Assembly (NCBI GenBank): GCA_033856495.1
Contig: JAWVEW010000250.1
Location: 1 to 32,892 of the forward strand
Direction: 5' to 3'
DNA: 32,892 bases
From: Miltoncostaeaceae bacterium
GTDB lineage: Bacteria > Actinomycetota > Thermoleophilia > Miltoncostaeales > Miltoncostaeaceae
This document shows positions 8,180 to 15,544 of this stretch, in pieces. The number at the start of each line of letters is the position of its first letter. Position 1 is the first letter of the stretch. Under the pieces are notes generated by a model. The model saw only the letters and a list, made by a program, of their open reading frames with translations. It made no database searches and had not been told where the DNA came from. The translations under genes were made by a program, and so were the position numbers.

Positions 8180-10405
8180 ATGATGCGGTCGGCGGGGGCG
8201 AGCCAGCCCGGGGCGGAGGGCTCGATGGCGCGCTGGACGCGGCTCATGCTCCGCTGGCGCTGGCTGGTGATCGCCGTCTGGCTGGTCGTGCTCGTGGTGT
8301 CCGTCATGGCGATGTCCGGGCTCAGCGACCTGCTGACCAACCGCTTCACGCTGCCGGGCAGCGACACCGCCAGGACCGAGCGGATCCTCGAGCAGAACTT
8401 CGGCCAGCGCCCCGACGGATCGTTCCTGCTGGTGGCGGAGGGCGCTGCCGGCTCGGCGAGGTCGCTCGTCCCCCGGCTGCGTGCCGCCGCGGCGCGTGCC
8501 GCAGAGGCGCTGCCCACGGGGAAGGTGGCCTCCGTCGCGGCGGTCTCGGACCGGGTCGCGAGCGCCGTGATCGTCACCCGTCTGGCCCAGGTGGACGCGG
8601 AGGTCCGGACCGGGAAGGTGCGCGAGGCGGCCGGGACGATCGGCGGCGGGACCCTCTACGTGACGGGGCAGGCGGCGATCAACAGCGACCTCGACCCGGT
8701 CTTCAGCGACGACCTCAAGGTCGGGGAGCTCTACATCGCGATCCCGATCGCGCTGGTGATCCTCGTGTTCGTCTTCGGGACGGCGGCCTTCCTGGTGCCG
8801 TTCCTCTTCGCCATCGCGGCGATCCCGTCGACGCTCGGCATCGTCTGGATGGCCGCGCACGCGATGGAGCTCACCACCTATCTCCAGAACATGGTGATGC
8901 TGATCGGCCTCGGCATCGCGATCGACTACTCGCTCCTGATCGTCTACCGCTATCGGGAGGAGCGCCGCGCCGGCGGGCCGGACGAGCCCCGCCCGGAGGC
9001 GATCGTGCGGACGATGCAGACCGCCGGGCGCGCCGTCGTCTTCAGCGGGACGGCCGTCGCGATCGGGCTGGCGCTGCTGCTGGCGATGCCGCTGCCCTTC
9101 ATGCGCGGCTTCGGCGTCGGCGGCCTGGCGATCCCGGTGATCTCGGTCCTCTGCGCGCTCACCCTGCTGCCCGTGCTGCTGCCGATGGTCGATCGGCTCG
9201 ACCGGGTGCGGCTGGTGCCGCGGGCGGTCCTGCGCCGGCGGGCGGACGACGAGCACAGCGTCTGGGCGCGCCTGGCGCGCTGGATCATGCGGCGCCCGAA
9301 GACGGTCGCGATCTCGGCGACGGTCCTGCTGCTCGCGCTGGCCGCGCCGGTGCTGGCGCTGGACCTGGGCCCCGGCTCCAACCACGGCATCCCCCAGGAC
9401 CTGCCCGGTGTGCGCGGGCTGAACGTGCTGGCGAACGCTGCCGGCGAGGGGGCGCTCGCCCCGACGGAGATCGCGGTCGACACCGGACGTCCGGGCGGCG
9501 CGGCCGATCCCGGCGTGCGCGCCGCGGTCGAGCGCCTGATGGCGGGCCTCCGCGCGGATCCGGAGGTCGGCGAGATCCGCTTCGGCGCGGGGCCGCAGTA
9601 CGTCGACGCCAGCCGCCGCTACCTGCATCTGCAGGCGACCGGCCAGCACGAGTACGGCGTCCCCGAGAGCCAGCGGTTCGTGCATCGCCTGCGCGGCGAC
9701 ATCATCCCCTCCGCCGGCTTCCCGACCGGGGTCGAGGTGCTCGCCGGCGGCGGCCCGGCGGGCGGCGTCGATTTCCTCGACCTGACCTACGGGGCCTTCC
9801 CGTGGCTGGTGCTGGGGGTCCTCGTGCTGACCTACCTGCTGCTCCTGCGCGCGTTCCGGTCGCTGCTGCTGCCGCTCAAGGCGATCATCCTCAACCTCCT
9901 CTCGATCGGCGCCGCCTACGGCCTGCTGGTGGTGGTGTTCAAGTGGGGCGCGGCCGAGCCCCTGGGGCTGATCGCCTACGACCAGATCGAGGGCTGGATC
10001 CCGGTGATGCTCTTCGCGATGCTCTTCGGCCTCTCGATGGACTACGAGGTGTTCCTCGTCAGCCGCATCCGCGAGGAGTGGGAGCGAACGGGCTCCAACG
10101 AGCTCGCCGTCATGCTCGGCCTGGCGAAGACGGGCCGGATCGTCACCGCCGCCGGCCTCATCATGTTCGCCGCCTTCATGGGCTTCGTGGCGGGCTCGAT
10201 CGTCGGCCTCCAGCAGTTCGGCTTCGGCCTGGCGACGGCGATCCTGATCGACGTCACGATCGTCCGGGCGCTGCTCGTGCCCAGCGCGATGGCGCTCTTC
10301 GGGCGCTGGAACTGGTGGCTGCCGGACCGCGTGGCGCGTGTCGCGCGGGTGCGGCCGTCCCCGCTGCCGCCGAGCGCCGGCGCGCCGGTGAGCCAGGGCG
10401 GCTGA
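8180..10405 (+). CDS. MMPL family (RND superfamily) membrane transporter
   Basis: 741 aa from ATG 8180, with GGGAGG 5 nt upstream. It is the internal start of track ORF 7805..10405. Two blocks of multiple hydrophobic helices separated by soluble loops, with sequences typical of MMPL/YdfJ-like exporters (..LLIGLGIAIDYSLLIVYRYREE.., ..MLFGLSMDYEVFLVSRIREEW..). Confidence 0.88.
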   Translation: MMRSAGASQPGAEGSMARWTRLMLRWRWLVIAVWLVVLVVSVMAMSGLSDLLTNRFTLPGSDTARTERILEQNFGQRPDGSFLLVAEGAAGSARSLVPRLRAAAARAAEALPTGKVASVAAVSDRVASAVIVTRLAQVDAEVRTGKVREAAGTIGGGTLYVTGQAAINSDLDPVFSDDLKVGELYIAIPIALVILVFVFGTAAFLVPFLFAIAAIPSTLGIVWMAAHAMELTTYLQNMVMLIGLGIAIDYSLLIVYRYREERRAGGPDEPRPEAIVRTMQTAGRAVVFSGTAVAIGLALLLAMPLPFMRGFGVGGLAIPVISVLCALTLLPVLLPMVDRLDRVRLVPRAVLRRRADDEHSVWARLARWIMRRPKTVAISATVLLLALAAPVLALDLGPGSNHGIPQDLPGVRGLNVLANAAGEGALAPTEIAVDTGRPGGAADPGVRAAVERLMAGLRADPEVGEIRFGAGPQYVDASRRYLHLQATGQHEYGVPESQRFVHRLRGDIIPSAGFPTGVEVLAGGGPAGGVDFLDLTYGAFPWLVLGVLVLTYLLLLRAFRSLLLPLKAIILNLLSIGAAYGLLVVVFKWGAAEPLGLIAYDQIEGWIPVMLFAMLFGLSMDYEVFLVSRIREEWERTGSNELAVMLGLAKTGRIVTAAGLIMFAAFMGFVAGSIVGLQQFGFGLATAILIDVTIVRALLVPSAMALFGRWNWWLPDRVARVARVRPSPLPPSAGAPVSQGG

Positions 10406-10642
10406 GCCTGAACGCGACGTGGTTGACCCCGAGCTCCTCGAGCAGGCGAAGGGCGTGAACGGCGCGCCCGCCACCCGCTCGACCGCCTCGCGCCACGACG
10501 CGGCCACGGCGGCCTGCCGGTCCGGCGGCTGCGGGTACATGACCCAGGCGTCGGCGTTCGTCCCGCGCCGGCGCCTCTGGGACGGCGACGGCGTGGGCGG
10601 AAGCGCGGTACCGCCTCGCGGGCCATGAGCCAGCGACCTCGC

Positions 10643-11401
10643 TCAGCTCGCGCCGGGCGGGTCCTCCGCCGTCCCGAAGACCTCCTTCATGACCTCGCCG
10701 TAGTCGCGCAGCGCGGCGGCGCAGTCGCCCGTGAACGAGGACCCGTGCATGATCGCCAGGGTCGCCGGGTCGAGCGCGGCCAGCTGCTCCAGCACGCGTC
10801 CGGTCAGCCGGGTGTAGGGCATGTACTCCGCCAGGACCCCCGTCTGGTACTCGCGGAGCGCCGCCCGTGCGCGCTCCACCACGTCCGACCGGGTCAGCGG
10901 CTCCACGTCGCCGTTCTGGTGGAAGAGGTCGGAGCAGAGCAGCGTGCGCTCGGTCTCCTCGAAGAGCACGCAGGCATCCCAGCCATGGGGCAGGTGGGGC
11001 GTGCGTTGGAGCCGGAAGCGGAAGCGCCCGGTCTCCAGCAGGTCGCCGTGGGCGAGCGGGCGCGGCTCCCGGTCGGAGAAGTCGCTGAGGTTCACGAGCA
11101 CCCCGGTGTCGCTGAAGACCGGCACCGCGGCCGGCGCCTCGGCCAGCCACTGGTTGAGCGCCCCGCACTCGTCCGACTCGAAGTGGCTGAACCCGATGTA
11201 GGCGAGGCTCGCCGGGTCGATCACGGACGCGACCCCCTGGCGGACGAGCGGGAACAGCTGGCGCAGGCCGGTGTGGAACAGGAGCGGCTGCTCGTCCTTC
11301 ACCAGGAAGTGGTTGAACTGCAGCTGGAACTCCGGCACGAAGACGCTGATCCGGTAGAGCTCAGGGGCGATCTCGGTGACCTGCGGCGCGCTCGGCGGCA
11401 C
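10643..11401 (-). CDS. MBL-fold protein, flavodiiron/ODP-like metal-binding domain (stand-alone)
   Basis: 252 aa. Carries HFESDECG (an H-x-E-x-D-x motif like the diiron site of the flavodiiron protein beta-lactamase domain), later TPHLPHGWD and CSDLFHQ as further His/Asp ligand candidates. There is no flavodoxin domain. Confidence 0.75.
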   Translation of the reverse strand: MPPSAPQVTEIAPELYRISVFVPEFQLQFNHFLVKDEQPLLFHTGLRQLFPLVRQGVASVIDPASLAYIGFSHFESDECGALNQWLAEAPAAVPVFSDTGVLVNLSDFSDREPRPLAHGDLLETGRFRFRLQRTPHLPHGWDACVLFEETERTLLCSDLFHQNGDVEPLTRSDVVERARAALREYQTGVLAEYMPYTRLTGRVLEQLAALDPATLAIMHGSSFTGDCAAALRDYGEVMKEVFGTAEDPPGAS

Positions 11402-11452
11402 GTGGACCCTCCTTGGCGGTCCCCCCGATGTTCCCCCACCCCGGCGGCGCTG

Positions 11453-11881
11453 TCATCCCGCGCCCGGCGTTCCGATCACCCCCAGCTGGCGGAGCATCCC
11501 GAGGTCGTCCCTGGTCGCCCAGTGCTCCGAGGCGCGGCCGTCGCGCAGGCGCAGGAAGTGCATGTGCTGGACGCTGAAGGAGCGATTGGTCGGCGCCATG
11601 CCCATGAGCCGGCCGCGGTGCGTGCCGGTGAGCGTGGCGCGGTAGGCGACGGTGTCGCCCTCGGCGATGACCTCGTCGACGCGCATGTGAAGGTCGGGGA
11701 AGGCGTCGTGCAGCCGCTTCAGCCGCAGCCGAAACCCCTCGAAGCCGGGGTCCTCCCCGGTCCAGGCCTCGTGGTTCACGAAGTCCGGCGTCACGAACTC
11801 CTCGATCCGGTCCAGCTCCCTGCGATTGAAGAGCGCCTCCACCCGCTCGATCGCGAAGCGCTTCGCGGCCTCGGCATCCAT
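11453..11881 (-). CDS. SnoaL-like / ester cyclase (NTF2-fold) protein
   Basis: 142 aa. ..ERVEALFNRRELDRIEEFVTPDFVNHEA...GFRLRLKRLHDAFPDLHMRVDEVIAEGDTVAYRATLTGTHRG..MGMAPTNRSFSVQHMHFLRLRDGRASEHW is the canonical ester-cyclase/SnoaL pattern. Confidence 0.8.
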   Translation of the reverse strand: MDAEAAKRFAIERVEALFNRRELDRIEEFVTPDFVNHEAWTGEDPGFEGFRLRLKRLHDAFPDLHMRVDEVIAEGDTVAYRATLTGTHRGRLMGMAPTNRSFSVQHMHFLRLRDGRASEHWATRDDLGMLRQLGVIGTPGAG

Positions 11882-11915
11882 CGCCCCCTCCTTCTCGCGG
11901 TCTGGCCGGCCGCGC

Positions 11916-12878
11916 TCAGCCCACGGCGGGCCCGGTCTGGAGCGCCGCCTCGCGGGTGCGGCGCACGTCCTCGTCGACCTGGGCGAGCAGGGCCTCCACC
12001 GAATCGAAGCGGCGCTCCTCGCGCAGGCGCTCGAGGAACTCCACGAGCACCCGCTCGCCGTAGAGGTCGCCGTCCTCGTAGTCGAGCAGGAAGGCCTCGA
12101 GCCGCAGCGGGCGCGGCCCGTCCGCCGCTGCGAAGGTGGGGGCGTAGCCGACGTTGAGCGCCGCCGGGAAGACGCCCCGGCCGGCGATCGACGCCCGACC
12201 GGCGTAGACGCCGCGCGCCGGCAGCGCCGCCCGCGGCGGAACCGCGATGTTGGCGGTCGGGATGCCGAGCCCGCGTCCGCGCCCCTCGCCGGGGACGACC
12301 TGCCCCTCGACGCAATGGGGGCGGCCGAGCGGAGCAGCCGCCTCGCCGACCCGCCCCTGCTTGACCAGGCCGCGGACGCGCGAGGACGAGATCGGCACGC
12401 CGTCCTCGGTGGTCACGGTCTCGGGCACCTCCACCGCCATGCCCAGCGGGCCGCAGATCTCGGCCAGCGTCGCGGCGGTGCCGCGGCCCCGGTGGCCGAA
12501 CCGGAAGCTCGCCCCGACGGCGACCGCTCGCGCCCCGACCGGCGGCTCCACCAGCATCCGGGCGAAGCGGTCGGCGCGGACCAGCGACAGGGCGCGGGTG
12601 AAGGGCAGCGTGACCAGCTCGTCGACACCGAGCCGCTCGATCAAGTCCGCCTTGCAGCGCGGCCCCGTGAGGGCGTCCAGGACCAGATCGGGGCGCAGCA
12701 CGGTGGCGGGGACGGGGTCGAAGGTGAGCACCGTCGCCGCCAGGCCGTCCTGGCGGGCCAGCTCGACGGCGCGGCCGATGATCGCCTGGTGGCCCAGGTG
12801 CACGCCGTCGAAGGCCCCGATCGCGACCGCACGGCCGGGGCCCTCGGGAAGCTCGGCGAGCGAGCCGAAACGCCTCAC
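11916..12878 (-). CDS. ribF: bifunctional riboflavin kinase / FMN adenylyltransferase
   Basis: 320 aa. GAFDGVHLGHQAII (the nucleotidyltransferase motif), SSSRVR, GRGLGIPTAN and LEAFLLDY..DLYGE are riboflavin kinase features. There is a 4-nt overlap with the truB stop. Confidence 0.93.
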   Translation of the reverse strand: MRRFGSLAELPEGPGRAVAIGAFDGVHLGHQAIIGRAVELARQDGLAATVLTFDPVPATVLRPDLVLDALTGPRCKADLIERLGVDELVTLPFTRALSLVRADRFARMLVEPPVGARAVAVGASFRFGHRGRGTAATLAEICGPLGMAVEVPETVTTEDGVPISSSRVRGLVKQGRVGEAAAPLGRPHCVEGQVVPGEGRGRGLGIPTANIAVPPRAALPARGVYAGRASIAGRGVFPAALNVGYAPTFAAADGPRPLRLEAFLLDYEDGDLYGERVLVEFLERLREERRFDSVEALLAQVDEDVRRTREAALQTGPAVG

Positions 12879-13774
12879 CCGATCACCACCGAGGGCTGCA
12901 GCCGGCCCTCCGCCGCCGGACGCGCAACGGCGACGAGGCGCCCGTCCACCAGGAGCGCGGTGGGGCCGTCGCCCTCGCCGGGGACGGTGCGGCCGTGCGC
13001 CACCTCCGCCGCCTCGTGCGCGGTCAGGCTGCGCGCCGGCAGGTGCGCCAGCGCCGCGCGCGGGCCGATGCCCTCGCCCCAGTCGACGTCCTCCGGCAGG
13101 ACGCCGGCCTCCAGGGAGAGGTGGCCGACCGCGGTCCGCCGGAGCGCGCTGCAGTAGGCGCCGCAGCCGAGGCGCTCGCCGAGGTCGATCGCGAGCTGGC
13201 GGATGTAGGTGCCCTTGCTGCAGCCGACGTCGAGCTGCACCCAGCGCCCGTCGGGATCCGCGTCCACGAGCTCGAGGCGGCTGATGACGATCTCCCGCTC
13301 CGGCGCCTCGAAGTCCGCGCCGCGGCGGGCCAGCCGGTGCATGCGCTCCCCCCCGACCCTGGCGGCGGCGAACCGGGGCACCCGCTGCCGCTGGCGGCCG
13401 ACGAACCCGGGCAGGGCCTCGCGCACCGCCTCCGGTGCCGGAAGCGGACCCCGCTCCTCGATCGGCCCCTCGGGATCGCCGGTGGCGGAGACGGCGCCCA
13501 GCCGCACCGTCGCCAGGTAGCGCTTGTCGAGCTCGGAGAGGTAGGGCGCGAGCCGGGTCGCCCTCCCCACGAGCACCACCAGCAGCCCGGTCGCGAACGG
13601 GTCGAGCGTGCCCGCGTGGCCGACGCGGACGCGGCGGCCGAGCCGCCGCCGCACGGCGGCCACGACATCGTGCGAGGTGGGGCCGGGGGGCTTGTCCACG
13701 AGCCAGACGCCCGCGGGCGCGAGGTCCGGCCCGACCGTCGGCTCGGCGGCGAGCGGCGGTGTGCCGCTAGCCAT
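12875..13774 (-). CDS. truB: tRNA pseudouridine(55) synthase
   Basis: 299 aa. VDKPPGPTSHDVV and the catalytic GHAGTLDPFATGLL motif. Conserved position downstream of rbfA/nrnA. Confidence 0.93.
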   Translation of the reverse strand: MASGTPPLAAEPTVGPDLAPAGVWLVDKPPGPTSHDVVAAVRRRLGRRVRVGHAGTLDPFATGLLVVLVGRATRLAPYLSELDKRYLATVRLGAVSATGDPEGPIEERGPLPAPEAVREALPGFVGRQRQRVPRFAAARVGGERMHRLARRGADFEAPEREIVISRLELVDADPDGRWVQLDVGCSKGTYIRQLAIDLGERLGCGAYCSALRRTAVGHLSLEAGVLPEDVDWGEGIGPRAALAHLPARSLTAHEAAEVAHGRTVPGEGDGPTALLVDGRLVAVARPAAEGRLQPSVVIG

Positions 13775-14792
13775 CCAGCTGTGCCGCCACCGCGGCCGTG
13801 AGCTGCGCGAGGAGCTCCTCCAGGGGCCGGTGGCTCGTACAGCCGGCGGCGGCGCGGTGGCCGCCGCCCCCCTCGGCGCGGGCGATCGCCGACACGTCGA
13901 CGTCGGGCGTCGTCGAGCGCAGCGAGACGCGCAGCCCCTCGTCGCGCTCGCGCACGAGCGCGGCGACGTAGGCGCCGCGGCTGCGCCGGAGCATCTCGAC
14001 GATCCCCTCGGTGTCGTCGCAGGTGGCCTCGGCGGCGTCGAAGTCCTCGCGCTTCAGCACGGCCACGATGAGCCGCCCGTCCAGCAGCGAGCGCACGCTC
14101 GCGAGCGCGCGCCCCAGCAGGCGCAGGCGCTGCAGCGGCTCCTCCTCGTAGAGGGCGCGGGAGATCGCCACGATGTCGAGGCCGCTCTCCGCGAGCAGGG
14201 CGGCGACGCGGTGCGCCTCGGGGCTCGTGTTGGCCTGGCTGAAGCGGCCGGTGTCGGTCACCAGGCCGACGTAGAGCGGCTCCGCGACGGAGGCGTCCAG
14301 GGGCCAGCCCGCCGCCTCGAGGACGTGCACCACCACCTCGGCCGTGCTCGATGCGGTGGGCTCCACGAGGTTGAGGTCCCCGAACCGCGTGTTGTCGTGG
14401 TGGTGGTCGAGGTTCACGACCGTGCCGGCGAGCGACCGGGGCTCCAGGTCCGAGAGGCGGTGCGCGCTCGCGCAGTCGACGGCGACCAGCGTGCGCTCGC
14501 CGGCGTCGGCCGGCAGCTCGGCGAGGATCGGCTCGTCGGCGTGGAACATGAAGCGCATGTCCGGCCGCACCGGGTCGGGCTCGCAGTGCCACATGAGCGC
14601 GTCGCGTCCGGCGGCCCGCAGTGCGCGCGCGAGGGCGAGCATGGAGCCCAGGGCGTCGCCGTCCGGGTTGCGGTGGGTCGCGATCACGAAGCGGCGGCCG
14701 GGGTCTGCGAGGATCGTCGCGACCTCGGCGGCGCCCACGCTCTCCCCGGGAGCGTCGTCCGCAAGATCGAGCGCGTGGGCGCCCCGGCTCAC
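13767..14792 (-). CDS. nrnA: DHH/DHHA1 phosphoesterase (NrnA/CnpB-like oligoribonuclease / pAp phosphatase)
   Basis: 341 aa. THRNPDGDALGS, the DHH motif (NLDHHHDN) and the DHHA1 motif GGGHRAAAG. It overlaps the rbfA stop by 4 nt (ATGA). Confidence 0.9.
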   Translation of the reverse strand: MSRGAHALDLADDAPGESVGAAEVATILADPGRRFVIATHRNPDGDALGSMLALARALRAAGRDALMWHCEPDPVRPDMRFMFHADEPILAELPADAGERTLVAVDCASAHRLSDLEPRSLAGTVVNLDHHHDNTRFGDLNLVEPTASSTAEVVVHVLEAAGWPLDASVAEPLYVGLVTDTGRFSQANTSPEAHRVAALLAESGLDIVAISRALYEEEPLQRLRLLGRALASVRSLLDGRLIVAVLKREDFDAAEATCDDTEGIVEMLRRSRGAYVAALVRERDEGLRVSLRSTTPDVDVSAIARAEGGGGHRAAAGCTSHRPLEELLAQLTAAVAAQLDG

Positions 14793-15199
14793 TCCCGCCC
14801 CGTCTCCGGGTCGCCGCCGTCCTCGTCCCCGGGTCCGGGGTCGACCGAGTCGATCAGGCGGGTGAGCGCGCGCGCGCGGTCCTGGTGCTCGTCGTAGGTG
14901 AAGCGCAGCTTGGGCGTGTGCCTGGTGCGCAGCTCGCGGCCGACCCGGCCCTGCAGCACCCCGGTGGCGGACTCGAGCGCCTCCCGGCTCGCCTCGCGCC
15001 GCGCCGGCTCGAGCACCGTGTAGTAGACCGTGGCGCTGCGCAGGTCGGGGGCCGCCTCCACGGTCGTGACCGTGACGAAGCCCAGGCGGGGGTCGGCGAG
15101 CTCCCGGCTGATGGCCTCGCCCAGGACCTGCCGCAGCGCGACGTTGACGCGTCGCATGCGGGTGCTCGGGGGCCTTCCGGGGATGGCCGCCACCCCCAC
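14789..15199 (-). CDS. rbfA: ribosome-binding factor A
   Basis: ..RMRRVNVALRQVLGEAISRELADPRLGFVTVTTVEAAPDLRSATVYYTVL.. is a typical RbfA core. The start is uncertain (GTG 15199, or ATG 15157). Confidence 0.9.
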   Translation of the reverse strand: MGVAAIPGRPPSTRMRRVNVALRQVLGEAISRELADPRLGFVTVTTVEAAPDLRSATVYYTVLEPARREASREALESATGVLQGRVGRELRTRHTPKLRFTYDEHQDRARALTRLIDSVDPGPGDEDGGDPETGRE

Positions 15200-15207
15200 T
15201 CCGCGGC

Positions 15208-15537
15208 TCAGAGGTCCCCGGCGAGGACGTCCTCGCCGGCCTCGACCGCCAGGATCTCCCGCCCCTCCCCCACGACCTCGAACGCCTCGTCGCCGTGGAG
15301 CCAGCGCGACGCCGCCTCGATCTGGCGGCCGGCCTCCGAGGACTCCCGGCAGACGACCGCCAGCGACAGGCGCGAGCGCTGCCAGAGGTCGTGATGGTCC
15401 ACCTCGGCGACCGCGCAGGAGAACCGCTTGACCAGGCCCGCCTTCACCCGCAGGAGCTCCTTCCGCTTGCCCTTCAACGAGCCGCCCACCGGCAGGTGCA
15501 GGTCCACCGTCAGCACGCCGACGTATCCGCAGCCCAC
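15208..15537 (-). CDS. DUF503 (YlxP-like) protein
   Basis: 109 aa. ..LTVDLHLPVGGSLKGKRKELLRVKAGLVKRF..AVAEVDHHDLWQRSRLSLAVV.. matches the DUF503 pattern. Conserved position between infB and rbfA. Confidence 0.85.
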   Translation of the reverse strand: MGCGYVGVLTVDLHLPVGGSLKGKRKELLRVKAGLVKRFSCAVAEVDHHDLWQRSRLSLAVVCRESSEAGRQIEAASRWLHGDEAFEVVGEGREILAVEAGEDVLAGDL

Positions 15538-15544
15538 GCCCGGG

